DNA of 64,000 bases from Acidobacteriota bacterium (GCA_040755995.1 JBFMAF010000004.1:70117-134116); one strand, 5' to 3'. Shown: positions 8,203 to 19,593, counted from the first letter of the stretch. Translations and numbers: made by a program. The notes: a model not told the origin generated them from the sequence alone.

Positions 8203-10755
8203 ATGATCACGCGTCTGGAGACATTCCAGGTTGTACCGGCGATACCTGAGCGATTACTCGGATTGCAGGAGCTTGCATATAACCTTCTGTGGTCATGGGA
8301 CGAGGAGATGCGTGTCGTCTTCAGCCGTGTGGATCGCAACCTCTGGCTCGGAACGAACCAGAATCCCGTGGCGCTGCTGGGCCTGGTCTCGCAACAGCGC
8401 CTCGAGGAACTTGCGGCCGACGACAGCTTCATGTCCTTTTACGAGCGCGTGTACGAGCGATTCAAGGCGTATCTCAAGGAGACGACCTGGTGGGACAAGC
8501 GCTACCAGGAGCGGCCGCTGGTCGCCTATTTCTCGACGGAGTACGGCCTGACCGAGTGCCTGCCGATCTACTCAGGCGGCCTCGGCGTGCTGTCCGCCGA
8601 TCATCTCAAGAGCGCGAGCGACCTGGGCCTGCCGCTGGTCGGCGTAGGATTGCTCTATCAGCAGGGCTATTTCCGCCAGTACCTGACCTCAGACGGCTGG
8701 CAGCAGGAATCCTATCCGATCAATGATTTCTACAACCTGCCGATTTCACGCGTGCAGGATGCGCAGGGCAACCCGTTGCGGATCGTGATATGGCTGGCCG
8801 GCGAACGGCTGCTGGTGGAGGTCTGGAAGGCGCAGGTGGGGAGGCTCCCTCTCTATCTCCTCGACACCAACGCGCCCGAGAATCCGAAGCACCTCCAGGA
8901 CATCACCGACCAGCTCTACGGCGGCGATCAGGAGACCCGTATCCGCCAGGAGATAGTGCTGGGCGTGGGCGGTCTTCGCGCGCTCCACGCTATGGGACTG
9001 CGTCCTTCGGTCTGCCACATGAACGAGGGGCACTCGGCTTTTCTGTCGATCGAGCGGATCCGGATCCTGATGAAGGAGAACGGGTTGACTTTTGCCGAGG
9101 CGCTGGAAGCCGCGCGCGCTGGGGCGGTCTTCACCACCCACACGTCCGTGCCCGCCGGCTTCGACATCTTCCCGCCCGAGCTCGTGGACAAGTACTTCGG
9201 CGAGACCATGCGCGAGATGGGCGTATCGCGCGACGTACTCCTGGGGCTCGGGCGCAACGTTCCCACCGACCCGCAGGAAGGCTTGAACATGGCGGTGCTT
9301 GCCGTGCACTGCTCGTCCTCTGCCAACGGAGTCAGCAGGCTGCATGGGGAGGTATCCCGAGCTCTGCTGCGCCAGTGCATGCCGAGCGTCCCGGAGCACG
9401 AAGTTCCGGTGGGGCATGTGACGAACGGCGCGCATACACGCAGCTGGATTTCACGCGAGATGGCTGCGCTGTTCGACCGGTATCTCGGTGCCGAATGGTG
9501 GCGCCGTCCAGGGCAGCCCATCACATGGGAAGGGGTGGACAGCATACCCGACGAGGAGATCTGGGCCACTCACGAGCGGCGGCGCGAACGGCTGGTCTCG
9601 TTCACCCGCCGCAGGCTCGTGCGCCAGCTGGAACAACGCGGCGCCGCGCAGGCCCTGATCGAACGCGCCCGCGGCATCATGGACACTCGCACCCTCACGA
9701 TCGGCTTCGCGCGCCGCTTCGCGACGTACAAGCGGGCCAACCTGCTGCTCCGCGACCAGCAGCGCCTCAAGAAGATCCTGCTCGATCCCAATCGCCCGGT
9801 GCAGCTCATCTTCGCCGGCAAGGCACATCCCAGGGATACCGAAGCGAAGGAGATCCTCAAGAGCATCGTGGGCTTCTGCCAGCAGGATGACATGCGTCGT
9901 CACGCGGTGTTCCTCGAGGACTACGACCTCGTCATCGCACGATACCTCGTGCAGGGGTGCGATGTGTGGCTGAACACGCCGCGACGCGGGATGGAGGCGA
10001 GCGGCACCAGCGGGATCAAGGTGCTGCCAAACGGAGTGCTCAATCTGAGCATCCTCGACGGGTGGTGGTGCGAAGGCTTTCAGCCCGACGTCGGGTGGGC
10101 TATCGGCAAGGGCGAAGACTACCAGGATCACAGCTACCAGGACTACGTCGAGTCGAATGCGCTCTTCGATCTGCTTGAGAACGACATCGTCCCGCTCTTC
10201 TACCAGAGGCAGGCGGACGGGCTGCCCCGAGGCTGGATCGCGCGGATGAAGCGGTCCATGAAGACTCTCTGTCCCGCCTTCAGCAGCAACCGGATGCTGT
10301 GGGAGTATGCGGAGCGGTACTATCTGCCCGCGGCGCGTTACTACGCCTCTCTGACCGAAAACAACATGGCGCGGGCGCGCGACCTCGCCGCCTGGAAGAA
10401 GCGCCTTCGAGAGGGGTGGAGCCAGGTGAGGATCGAGGGAGTCGAAGCCACCGACTCGGGTACGCACCGGGTCGGCGAGGGGTACGAGGTGAAGGCCAAG
10501 ATTCGACTCGGATCGATAGCGCCGGCCCACGTCAGCGTCGAGCTCTACTATGGCGCCCTTGACGCGCAGCGTCAGATCGTGGAGCCGCGGGGTGCTCCGA
10601 TGCGGCTCGACGCTTCCCTGCAAGGTGGACTGCACCGGTACGTCGGTGTCATCCCGTGTGATCGGAGCGGCTTGCAGGGGTACACGGTGCGTGTAATCCC
10701 GTTCCACCCGGACACCAACAACACCATGAGCATGGGGCTGATTGCCTGGTGGTAG
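8203..10755 (+). CDS. glgP: Alpha-glucan (glycogen) phosphorylase
   Basis: YSGGLG, HMNEGH, ARRFATYKR, GKAHP, EASGTSGIK PLP-lysine motif. Confidence 0.95.
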   Translation: MITRLETFQVVPAIPERLLGLQELAYNLLWSWDEEMRVVFSRVDRNLWLGTNQNPVALLGLVSQQRLEELAADDSFMSFYERVYERFKAYLKETTWWDKRYQERPLVAYFSTEYGLTECLPIYSGGLGVLSADHLKSASDLGLPLVGVGLLYQQGYFRQYLTSDGWQQESYPINDFYNLPISRVQDAQGNPLRIVIWLAGERLLVEVWKAQVGRLPLYLLDTNAPENPKHLQDITDQLYGGDQETRIRQEIVLGVGGLRALHAMGLRPSVCHMNEGHSAFLSIERIRILMKENGLTFAEALEAARAGAVFTTHTSVPAGFDIFPPELVDKYFGETMREMGVSRDVLLGLGRNVPTDPQEGLNMAVLAVHCSSSANGVSRLHGEVSRALLRQCMPSVPEHEVPVGHVTNGAHTRSWISREMAALFDRYLGAEWWRRPGQPITWEGVDSIPDEEIWATHERRRERLVSFTRRRLVRQLEQRGAAQALIERARGIMDTRTLTIGFARRFATYKRANLLLRDQQRLKKILLDPNRPVQLIFAGKAHPRDTEAKEILKSIVGFCQQDDMRRHAVFLEDYDLVIARYLVQGCDVWLNTPRRGMEASGTSGIKVLPNGVLNLSILDGWWCEGFQPDVGWAIGKGEDYQDHSYQDYVESNALFDLLENDIVPLFYQRQADGLPRGWIARMKRSMKTLCPAFSSNRMLWEYAERYYLPAARYYASLTENNMARARDLAAWKKRLREGWSQVRIEGVEATDSGTHRVGEGYEVKAKIRLGSIAPAHVSVELYYGALDAQRQIVEPRGAPMRLDASLQGGLHRYVGVIPCDRSGLQGYTVRVIPFHPDTNNTMSMGLIAWW

Positions 10756-10809
10756 GAGTGGGAGCCGAGCGTAACCCGGCGGCACCGCCCGTGCATTTGT
10801 GACGCTGCC

Positions 10810-11871
10810 GTGAACGTGAACGGATCGTCGCGGTATGCACCGTTCAGGTGCCACAGGGCGATCGGAATTCACCTCGGCCGCTTGATCGCACTGCTGCTGC
10901 TGCTCGCCCCGGCCCTGTCCGCGGCGGGTGAATCTCAAACCGGCTCCCCGTTCATGCGGGGCGTTGCGCTCGGGCTCTTCTCACAAGACAGGTCTTACAA
11001 CTACGAGCGCGAGATCGACCAGATAAAGGCGCTGAACGCGAACTACATCTCTCTCGTCGTCAACATGGTCCAGGACAATGTGAAGTCGGAGGGCGTGTAC
11101 CGCCCCGAGAGCGCTCCATCCGATGAGACGATTGCGCGGGTTGCGGCCGTGGCCCACTCGCGCGGGCTTTCGGTCTTCCTGTTTCCGATCATTTACGTTG
11201 TGGACGTGCGGCCGGGGAAATGGCGCGGCACGATCGATCCGCCCAGTTGGGACCGGTGGTTCGAGTCATACAACCGCATCCTGTTCGACTATGCCGATCT
11301 GGCGCAGAAGCACGGCATCGAGCTGCTGCTGGTGGGCTGCGAACAGATCAGCTCGGAGAAGCGCAACGATCTCTGGCTGAAGCTGATCGCGGGCATTCGA
11401 CAGCGATACCACGGCAAGCTCATCTATTCGTCCAACTGGGACCGGTTGTCGAAGGAGAGCTTCCTGGACAAGCTCGATTACCTCGGTTCGAACGCCTACT
11501 TCGAGCTCGCGCGCTCGAACCACCCGAACAAGCAGGAGCTCTTGTACAACTGGAAGCGAATCCAGCAAAGGTACGATGAATGGCGGGCGAAGTTCCACAA
11601 GCCGCTCGTCTTCACCGAAATCGGCTACCCTTCGGCCGACGGCTGCAGCCAGAACCCATGGGACTACACCACCAACGCACCGGTGGACCTGGAGGAGCAG
11701 GCGCTGTGCTATGAGGCATTCTTTCAAAGCTGGAAAGGGATCGAGTATCTGCACGGGGCCTTCGTCTACGCATGGTGGGGAGACGGCGGCCCGCTCGACC
11801 GCAGCTACACCCCCCGTGGAAAACCAGCAGAGGCAGTTCTGAAGGAGTGGTTCCTCCACCGCTTCCCCTAG
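10810..11871 (+). CDS. Secreted TIM-barrel glycoside hydrolase, GH113-like
   Basis: Signal-peptide-like N-terminus; WRGTI, GCE, YSSNWD, FTEIGYPS motifs. Confidence 0.75.
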   Translation: MNVNGSSRYAPFRCHRAIGIHLGRLIALLLLLAPALSAAGESQTGSPFMRGVALGLFSQDRSYNYEREIDQIKALNANYISLVVNMVQDNVKSEGVYRPESAPSDETIARVAAVAHSRGLSVFLFPIIYVVDVRPGKWRGTIDPPSWDRWFESYNRILFDYADLAQKHGIELLLVGCEQISSEKRNDLWLKLIAGIRQRYHGKLIYSSNWDRLSKESFLDKLDYLGSNAYFELARSNHPNKQELLYNWKRIQQRYDEWRAKFHKPLVFTEIGYPSADGCSQNPWDYTTNAPVDLEEQALCYEAFFQSWKGIEYLHGAFVYAWWGDGGPLDRSYTPRGKPAEAVLKEWFLHRFP

Positions 11872-12038
11872 ATCATCCGCCGGCGGCTCTCCACAGCGCG
11901 ACTCATGTCGCGCTGTATGACGGGCCTCCGCCGTGCCGAGCCAGAACTGTCACCCGGGGATCAAAGAACAAGTTGAGTCCACCATGGCAGTTCTGGTACT
12001 ATCGGTCCCTGGTTGCTTTCGCAAAAGGAGAGGGTCTT

Positions 12039-13382
12039 GTGGGCGCGTGGTGTCTGAGAGTCCACCTGTCGCTGGCCTTGTTGGCTGCCTGCCAGAGCCC
12101 TGCGCTCTCACAGCAGGTCGCGTGGTCGCTGCGATGGGGTGGGGTCGAGGCGCGAGACGCTGCGCAGGGGATCGGGCTGGACGCGACAGGCGGTCTGTCG
12201 GTGGGCGGCGATACGATGGGATTGGGAGCCTACCCCGGCACGCACGATCTGCTTCTGCTGAAGTACGATCCTGCGGGCGCGCTGCAGTGGGCACGCACGT
12301 GGGGTGCGCAGGGCGAGGATTATGGATACGACGTGGCGGCCGGTCCCGGCGGCGAGAGCACGCTGGTCGGTCGATCCGACTCGTTCTCCAGCTCGTTCGA
12401 TGCGCTGATCGTCAAGTACGATCCGCAGGGCAACCTGGTGTGGGCTCGCACGTGGGGCGGGCCGGGCGGCGAGGCTGCCACCGGCGCAGCCCAGGATCCG
12501 GAAGGGAATCTCTACGTAACGGGGTACACGACAAGCTTCGGCGCCGGCGACTACGATCTATTTCTGTTGCGTTACGATCCCGCGGGGAACGTTCAGTGGG
12601 CCAGAACGTGGGGCGGGCGGGCCAATGACACCGGCTACACGGCATACCAGCCCGACGTCACGCTCGACGTGTTCGGCAACGTTTACGTCGTCTCCAGCAC
12701 CTATAGCTTCGGTTCGAACGCAGGCTTCGGGGAAGATGTCGTCGTGCTGAAGTACGATCCAACGGGTGTGCTGCAGTGGGCGAAGACCTGGGGCACCGGC
12801 GCGGAGTTCGAAGAGGCCCAGGCTGTGTCGGTGGACGCGAGAGGCAACCTCCTGATCGCGGGCATGGTCACCTCGGATGCGTTGAGCTACGACGCTTTCG
12901 TGCTGTCGCTAGACTCTTCGGGCTTTCTGAACTGGGGCCGCCGCCTGGACGTGAGCGGCGACGACGAGCTCATCACGATCGACCTCGACATCGAAGGCAA
13001 CATCTATGCCGCCGGCATCTCCGCGGGATCCTCTTATGATCTGCTTCTCGCGAAGTTGGACGGCGCGGGCGACACCATCTGGGTCCGTAAGTGGGGTGCC
13101 GAGGGCAACGACTACGCCTGTGCGGCGGTGTGCTCGGAGGCCGGCCTGACGCTGGCCGGTGTGGACTACAGCGTCGGAGCCGCCGTACTCGAGTCGCCCG
13201 AATTCACCATGAGCGCATTGCCGCCGGTTTCAGCGGCACCCGTCTCCGGCGCAATCGAGACGACGCCTGTCGCCGTCGAGTCGACGCCACAAGGCACTCA
13301 GACCGCCCCGTCCGGCGCCAGCGAAGGCTCCGTAAGCGGCAACGTGCTGGTGCTGGCGCTGCGGACGCGCGATACCAACTGA
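12039..13382 (+). CDS. Secreted beta-propeller (SBBP-like) repeat protein
   Basis: Repeats of LLKYDPxGxLQWARTWGG...D.G; GTG start after AGGAG. Confidence 0.8.
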   Translation: MGAWCLRVHLSLALLAACQSPALSQQVAWSLRWGGVEARDAAQGIGLDATGGLSVGGDTMGLGAYPGTHDLLLLKYDPAGALQWARTWGAQGEDYGYDVAAGPGGESTLVGRSDSFSSSFDALIVKYDPQGNLVWARTWGGPGGEAATGAAQDPEGNLYVTGYTTSFGAGDYDLFLLRYDPAGNVQWARTWGGRANDTGYTAYQPDVTLDVFGNVYVVSSTYSFGSNAGFGEDVVVLKYDPTGVLQWAKTWGTGAEFEEAQAVSVDARGNLLIAGMVTSDALSYDAFVLSLDSSGFLNWGRRLDVSGDDELITIDLDIEGNIYAAGISAGSSYDLLLAKLDGAGDTIWVRKWGAEGNDYACAAVCSEAGLTLAGVDYSVGAAVLESPEFTMSALPPVSAAPVSGAIETTPVAVESTPQGTQTAPSGASEGSVSGNVLVLALRTRDTN

Positions 13383-13441
13383 ACAGGGGCTGTCGCGGCC
13401 CGGAGCCCTGGTCGTCTGCCTGTGTTCGTTTGTCCAGAAGG

Positions 13442-16102
13442 CTAGGTCGAGCTCAAAGCTTCGCGGATCTTGATCGCAAGCTCGACCCGGCTGAACGGCT
13501 TCTGGAGGAACGGCACTTGGGGATCGAGCTGGCCATGGCGGAGGATGGCGTCGCCGACGTAACCCGATGTGTAGAGCACCTTGAGATTTCGATGCCTCCG
13601 CACCAGACGTTCCGCCAACACCCGCCCATCCATCCCGGGCATGACCAGGTCAGTGACAAGAAGGTCAGGCCTTAGACCCTCTTCCTCGACCGCGATCAGC
13701 GCCTCGCCGCCGTTGGCCGCCGCTCTCACCCGGTAGCCCAGGTTCGCAATCATCCGCTCGAAGAGGCTCCGTAGAACCGGCTCGTCCTCGACCACCAGCA
13801 CCAGTTCTCCTTCGCCGCGGGGCGCCCTGGTTTCAAGCATGACGCCCTGCGTCAGCTCAGCATCCACCCGCGGCAGGTACACTTTGAAAACGGTGCCCTT
13901 CCCGAGCTCGCTGTAGACCCATATGTTTCCCTCGGACTGTTTGACGATGCCGTAGACCGTCGCGAGCCCGAGGCCCGTGCCTTCTCCATGGCCCTTGGTA
14001 GTGAAGAAGGGCTCGAACAGCCTGCTCTTTGTTCTCTCGTCCATCCCGCAGCCCGTGTCGGAGATCGCCAGCATCACGTGAGGTCCGGCGGTCGCGTCCA
14101 CATGGTTCCGAGCGTATTCCTCGTCGAGCATGACGTTGGCGGTCTCGATGGTAAGCGTGCCACCCTGCGGCATGGCGTCGCGCGCATTTACAGCTAGGTT
14201 CATGATGACCTGTTCGATCTGGCCAGGATCGGCCCTTACCCTGCCCAGGCCGTCGTCCAGCGCCAGCACGAACTCGATGTCTTCGCCGATCAATCGCCTG
14301 AGCATCTTCTCTATGTTCCCCACCAGAACGTTCAAGTCCAGCACCTCGGGCTTCAGAGTCTGCTTGCGGCTGAAGGCCAGCAGCTGGCGCGTGAGCGCCG
14401 CCGCGCGCTCGGCGCAGCCTTTGATCTGTATCAGATCCTTGGCGAGAGGGTCTTCATCCCTCAGGCCGTGCATCATGAGGTCGCAGTAGGCCATCTGAGC
14501 GGTGAGTATGTTGTTGAAGTCATGCGCCACGCCGCCCGCGAGTCGCCCTACGGCTTCGAGTTTCTGGGCCTGCCTGAGCTGTTCCTGGGCGTCCGCGAGG
14601 GCCGCAGTGGACTTGTCCCGCTCGTTCCCAATCTCTATGCCGCGCAGGGCGAACGCGAGATCGCCCGCTGCTTCCCTCAGCAGATCCTGCTCCTCCCGGC
14701 TCCCGGTCAAGTCGGCCGGGAGGCAGGTCACCATGAATCCGTACGACTTTCCCTCCTGTTCCAGGCCGATGACCATGATGTCCCGGTCAATGCACATCTC
14801 GGCCGCGCCCGGGCATGACCTGCAGAGCCGATCACGATTCTTCCGCACGACACTCCTGCGGCTTGACATGGCCCGCCGGGCGCAATGGGGCACATCCCCG
14901 CGCTCCAGCATTTCGCGCAGATAAGCCAGCTCTCGTCCCGCGCCCGCGTGCGCCAGAACGCGCCCGCCCGTCGCGTCTGTCAACCCCACCACGACGGAAT
15001 GGAATCCGCGGGCCTCCACGAGCAGGTCGCAAGTCTTCTGGATCAGGCGGTCCCGGTTCTTCTCTTTGGTGATGAGCTGGTTCACGCTCCTGATGCCGCG
15101 CAGCACGGCGTTGAGGTGCGCGATCCTGGCTTCGGCCTGCCTCTTCGCCAGAAACACGGCTACATGGTCGGCGATCCGCCTGTACAGGGCGATCAACTCC
15201 GGCGTGAAACGCCCTCGCTGCTTGTCGTTGAACTGTATCAGCCCGAACGTCTCCTTGCCGGAACGCATCGGGATGAGAGCCACAGACTCGTAACCCACGC
15301 TGTTGCAGCGGTTGCGCGTGCGCGCCAGCCGATCCTTGTCGGTCGTGGTCGCGAGCAGCTCGGTCGTGCAATTACTCCAGAAGCTGCCGTCGGTCGTGAA
15401 GAAAGTCTTCGAGGGGTCGAATTTTCCGCAGAGGATGTTGCCGCACATGCAATCCAGGATAGGATTGCCTTCGGCGTCGCACTCAACTTCACCTTCCTCG
15501 TTGTATGAGCATAGATGTCTTTCCATCCGAACGAATTCCTCGGGAAATCCCGAGGTCAAGAAATAGGGGAAGTCCGACCCCTCTTTGAGCCGGATGCCGA
15601 CAGCCTCGCACTGAGACCAGCTCCTCAGGCGGCCTAACATGGATTTCAACAAGACTTCACCGTTCTCGGCTGTGTTGATCAGCTGCAGCACTTCGTACAT
15701 GACGCGCTGTTCCTCTTCGGCGCGCTTGCGCTCGGTGATCTCCAGAGAGAGGATGAACACGCCCTCGGGCACCGGCTCGAACCTGAGCTCGAACCATCCC
15801 CTGGACCCGTCGGGGAAGGTGAACTGGTTTTCCATCCGATGCGGAATCCGAGCATCCATGCATTGCCGGAGGACGGGGAACATCGGCGCGTACTCGATGC
15901 CCGGATAGGCGTCCATCACTGTACGGCCGAGAAGCTGCTCCTTCGGCCTGCGCCCCTGGCGGCAGGCGGCCTCGTTGACGTACAGGTACCGCCAGTCGGG
16001 GCCGATGATCTGGCAGCCTTCGAGGAGGTTGTCCAGGATGTCATGGGAGCTGCCCGCGAGCGGCGACCGGGCGATCCCTGGTTCATGCGATTCCTTCGTC
16101 AT
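13442..16102 (-). CDS. Hybrid sensor histidine kinase (PAS-GAF-GAF-HisKA-HATPase-REC)
   Basis: GVAHDFNNIL H-box, NARDAM, EPFFTTK, GTGLGL, receiver LVVEDE...DLVMPGMDG. Confidence 0.93.
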   Translation of the reverse strand: MTKESHEPGIARSPLAGSSHDILDNLLEGCQIIGPDWRYLYVNEAACRQGRRPKEQLLGRTVMDAYPGIEYAPMFPVLRQCMDARIPHRMENQFTFPDGSRGWFELRFEPVPEGVFILSLEITERKRAEEEQRVMYEVLQLINTAENGEVLLKSMLGRLRSWSQCEAVGIRLKEGSDFPYFLTSGFPEEFVRMERHLCSYNEEGEVECDAEGNPILDCMCGNILCGKFDPSKTFFTTDGSFWSNCTTELLATTTDKDRLARTRNRCNSVGYESVALIPMRSGKETFGLIQFNDKQRGRFTPELIALYRRIADHVAVFLAKRQAEARIAHLNAVLRGIRSVNQLITKEKNRDRLIQKTCDLLVEARGFHSVVVGLTDATGGRVLAHAGAGRELAYLREMLERGDVPHCARRAMSSRRSVVRKNRDRLCRSCPGAAEMCIDRDIMVIGLEQEGKSYGFMVTCLPADLTGSREEQDLLREAAGDLAFALRGIEIGNERDKSTAALADAQEQLRQAQKLEAVGRLAGGVAHDFNNILTAQMAYCDLMMHGLRDEDPLAKDLIQIKGCAERAAALTRQLLAFSRKQTLKPEVLDLNVLVGNIEKMLRRLIGEDIEFVLALDDGLGRVRADPGQIEQVIMNLAVNARDAMPQGGTLTIETANVMLDEEYARNHVDATAGPHVMLAISDTGCGMDERTKSRLFEPFFTTKGHGEGTGLGLATVYGIVKQSEGNIWVYSELGKGTVFKVYLPRVDAELTQGVMLETRAPRGEGELVLVVEDEPVLRSLFERMIANLGYRVRAAANGGEALIAVEEEGLRPDLLVTDLVMPGMDGRVLAERLVRRHRNLKVLYTSGYVGDAILRHGQLDPQVPFLQKPFSRVELAIKIREALSST

Positions 16103-16801
16103 GCCCTCTCAATGCTCCAGTTGCATGCATCCTGCCGTGAACTCTATGTGCGATTCAGTGGCGAAACAGCCGGCAGCCGCTCGCCCACACGCGTTCTAAG
16201 AGGCATCACGGCATCTGGTGCGTGCAAACGAATCGTTGCTTGAGCCCCCGCTCTTGAGCACACCGCTCAGAGACGGCCGCAGTCTATATTTGACCGAGGC
16301 TTGCGGCGTGCACTCACATCGCCCGTCGTCTGCCCTCTCGAGTCATGATAGCAAGGCGGGCCGGGGATCTCAACGCCGCGATCTCTCACTGGCCCCGTTC
16401 GCAGCCGAGACATCGGCGACGGCCCCTCTTGGACCCGAGGCCCGCCCCCGTACTCGTCCACCACATCCTCGATCCCTCGACGCGCCATGTCGGTTCTGGG
16501 CATCTCACACCTCCCCTACTGCAGGAAGATTTGGCGAGAAGGCCACATCTTGCGCCGGGCGGTAAAGAAAAGCGAAAAAGTGGTCCCACGAGGGTGGGAA
16601 TACCCACGTACCATCGGCAACGCGATGGTCGCGATCGGTAGGTAATCGAGGCGGAAGTGGGTGCCCTGCGCTCGCGCAGCTGAGAGGACGCAACGGCACT
16701 GCCTGGAGCTATCCCGGCGGGCGGCGCGTCACCCGGCCTGGGTTGGCCGGAACACTTGTTGTGGACCTATGCTCCGCGATGCTCGCGCCCCAGCGACAGC
16801 C

Positions 16802-17797
16802 TCACCCGTTCAGGTGGCGCATCGCCGACTCGGGGTAGCGCTGCCCGGCAGCCGCACCTTTGGGTGCCGCCGAGTCAATGCGCTTGAGCTCCTCTTGAGA
16901 GAGGACGATGTCGATGGCGGCGACGTTCTCGTCGAGGTGATCGCGGCGCGCCGTGCCGGGGATCGGGACAATGTCAGCGCCCTGCGCGAGCACCCAGGCG
17001 AGTGCGAGTTGGGAGGGCTTCACGCGCTTCTCGAGCGCAAGCTCGCGGACACGGTGCACCAGCTCCAGGTTCTTCGCAAAATTCTCGCCCTGGAAGCGGG
17101 GCGAATGCCGGCGATAGTCGCCCTCGGGGATGTCCTCGAACCGCCGGAAGCGTCCCGTGAGGAAGCCTCGGCCCAGCGGGCTGTAAGGCACGAAACCGAT
17201 GCCGAGCTCGCGGATAGTGGGAATGATCTCATCCTCCGGATCGCGACTCCAGAGCGAGTACTCCGTCTGAAGCGCCGAGATGGGATGGACCTTATGGGCG
17301 CGGCGGATCGTGGCCGGTGCCGCCTCGGAGAGCCCGAGGAAGCGCACCTTGCCGGCGCGCACGAGCTCGGCCATTGTGCCGACTGTCTCCTCTATCGGAA
17401 TCGTCCGATCCACGCGATGCTGGTAGTAGAGGTCGATGTGGTCCGTGCCAAGACGTTGGAGCGACGCTTCGCACGCCTCGCGGACGTATTCCGGTTTGCC
17501 GTTAACGCCGGCCCAGCTGCCGTCCGGGCCGCGTAGATTCCCGAACTTCGTGGCGAGGACCACGTGCTGGCGGCGGCCGCGGATCGCTCGTCCGACCAGC
17601 AGCTCGTTCTTCAAAGGCCCATAGACGTCGGCCGTGTCGAGGAAGTTCACGCCAATGTCGAGGGCGTGCTGTATTGTTGCGACAGACTCAGCCTCCGTCG
17701 CCCCCGCGTAGAACTCGCTCATGCCCATGCAACCCAAGCCAAGCCGCGAGACCTCGGGCCCCGAGGCGCCGAGTTTCCGATATTTCATGTTCTTCAT
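16802..17797 (-). CDS. Aldo/keto reductase
   Basis: [37 protein letters not shown]. Confidence 0.95.
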   Translation of the reverse strand: MKNMKYRKLGASGPEVSRLGLGCMGMSEFYAGATEAESVATIQHALDIGVNFLDTADVYGPLKNELLVGRAIRGRRQHVVLATKFGNLRGPDGSWAGVNGKPEYVREACEASLQRLGTDHIDLYYQHRVDRTIPIEETVGTMAELVRAGKVRFLGLSEAAPATIRRAHKVHPISALQTEYSLWSRDPEDEIIPTIRELGIGFVPYSPLGRGFLTGRFRRFEDIPEGDYRRHSPRFQGENFAKNLELVHRVRELALEKRVKPSQLALAWVLAQGADIVPIPGTARRDHLDENVAAIDIVLSQEELKRIDSAAPKGAAAGQRYPESAMRHLNG

Positions 17798-18083
17798 TTT
17801 GACTTCTCCTTAGAGAGTGAGCTTACCAACCAAAGGGCCGTCGCGCCACCCCCCTGCCGAGGGGAGCCGCGACCAGATCTATTTCAGGAGCGATGGGTTC
17901 GGCTGCGTACCCGTGGCCCGACCTGTTGCAGATTGCGACCCCGGTCGGGCATGGGGCCGGCCTTCGACCTGGGAAGGGGAACGATAGGAGCTTGCCGGTC
18001 CGAGCCTGAGGGGGCATCGCTAGCCGTGCTAACTTTTTCTCGATATGGTTGTCTAAGTATCACGGGAGGGAGAGAGGCGCACA

Positions 18084-18629
18084 GTGAGATCTGACGAAGA
18101 ACTGATCGAGGCAACGATCGGCGGCGACTTCGAGGCCTTCGATGAGCTGATGCGGCGATACGAGCGGCTGGTATACCGCGTGGTCTTCGGTTTCGTGGGT
18201 TGTCGGGAGGCGGCCATGGATGTTACACAGAACGTCTTTCTCAAAGCGTTTCGCGGCCTGCGTGGATTTCGCTCGCAAGCCAGCTTCAAGACCTGGCTGG
18301 TTCGAATTTCCTATAACGAGAGCATGAACTGGTCGAGATCCGATCGCCCGCATGCCGATGGCAGAGAGTCGATCGAGGATTTCGACGACAAGATCGCCGT
18401 GAACGCCACTCAGGAGGGGGAGCTGCTCGCGAACGAGCGGCTTGCCGGCGTGAAGCAGGCGATGGGAAAGCTGAACGATCGCTACCGGCTCGCACTTGTT
18501 CTTCGCTACTTCCAGGGCCTCGGCCTGGGCGAGATCGCCGAAGTTCTCGGCTGCACGGAAGGGGTTGCGAAGAGCATTCTTTTCCGCAGCGTCCGATCAC
18601 TGCGTGAGACGCTGCAGGGAGCCGTTTGA
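18084..18629 (+). CDS. ECF RNA polymerase sigma factor
   Basis: Region 2 (DVTQNVFLKAF...FKTWLVRI) and region 4 (EIAEVLGCTEGVAKS). Confidence 0.9.
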   Translation: MRSDEELIEATIGGDFEAFDELMRRYERLVYRVVFGFVGCREAAMDVTQNVFLKAFRGLRGFRSQASFKTWLVRISYNESMNWSRSDRPHADGRESIEDFDDKIAVNATQEGELLANERLAGVKQAMGKLNDRYRLALVLRYFQGLGLGEIAEVLGCTEGVAKSILFRSVRSLRETLQGAV

Positions 18630-18639
18630 GGCAAACACC

Positions 18640-19593
18640 ATGGAACAGGACATTTGCAGGCAACACCAGGAAGCGATGGAACTGTTGTCCGAACCGAACG
18701 CGGGTGTCGAGGAGACCGAGCGTCTGTTGGTGCATATCGGAGAGTGCGCCGATTGCGCTGCGCACTGGGAGCTGCTGGGCCAGCTCCGCAGCATGGTCGG
18801 CGCAGATCTGCCGGCCGCGCATGAGTTTCGAGCTATGCGGCGAGCCGTGATCAAGGAGGCCGCCGGGGGCGCTCGGATCAGCCTCGGCGCGCGCCTCTCA
18901 GCGTGGTTCATGAGGCCGTTGTATGTAGCGGCAGTCATCGTCGCAGCAGTGGGCGTCGGGCTCCTCGGCGGCTGGTTCGCGGGCGGCAGTCGCGTGATCA
19001 CCCGCCAGCCGGTGGTGCCGGCAGCCGACGACCTGTTTCTCCATCAGCTCAAGCTGGCCGCCGATCGGCCGGCCGGCATCGATGACATCGAGAAGGCGCC
19101 TTATGCATATTCGAACGTCTCGATCCGCGGTGCGGGTGAGGGCACGGTAGATCTTTCTTTCAACGTCACTCGTCGCTTTGACGTGACGCTGCCCAAGAAC
19201 GACCCGCTGGTCGCCGAAATCCTCGTGCAATCGCTTGTCGCCCCGGTGCCGGTCGGGACCAGGATCCGCGCCATCGACTTCTCACAGGACCTGCCGAGTG
19301 CCAGGGTTGAAGCGGCGCTGATCCGGGCGATGCTCAGCGACGCGAATCTCGGCGTAAGGTTGAAGGCACAATCGCGGTTGCTGGAGCGCCCGGCCGACGC
19401 GGAGATACTGAAGGCCTTGCTGGAGGTTCTGCAGACTGAGGAGTCGGTGCAGATGAGACTGAAGGCGATCGACTATCTGGCCAGAAACGCCGTCGACCTC
19501 AAGGTACTTGAAAGCGCGGTCGAGCGCCGCGGTGGGGACGCCACTCCCGACGCGGTGTACCTGAAGACGATCGAGCATCGGAGGGCGAAGTGA
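18640..19593 (+). CDS. Anti-sigma factor (zinc-binding HxxxCxxC, TM helix, HEAT-like C-terminus)
   Basis: HIGECADC motif, one TM segment, HEAT-like VRLKA/MRLKAID repeats; follows the ECF sigma gene. Confidence 0.8.
   Translation: MEQDICRQHQEAMELLSEPNAGVEETERLLVHIGECADCAAHWELLGQLRSMVGADLPAAHEFRAMRRAVIKEAAGGARISLGARLSAWFMRPLYVAAVIVAAVGVGLLGGWFAGGSRVITRQPVVPAADDLFLHQLKLAADRPAGIDDIEKAPYAYSNVSIRGAGEGTVDLSFNVTRRFDVTLPKNDPLVAEILVQSLVAPVPVGTRIRAIDFSQDLPSARVEAALIRAMLSDANLGVRLKAQSRLLERPADAEILKALLEVLQTEESVQMRLKAIDYLARNAVDLKVLESAVERRGGDATPDAVYLKTIEHRRAK

Noticed and set aside
9451..10938. Long antisense/alternate-frame ORFs (e.g. 9451-10938, 3531-4814, 22929-24119, 57554-58516)
   Set aside because: Shadow ORFs of well-supported genes in high-GC DNA, with no recognisable motifs.
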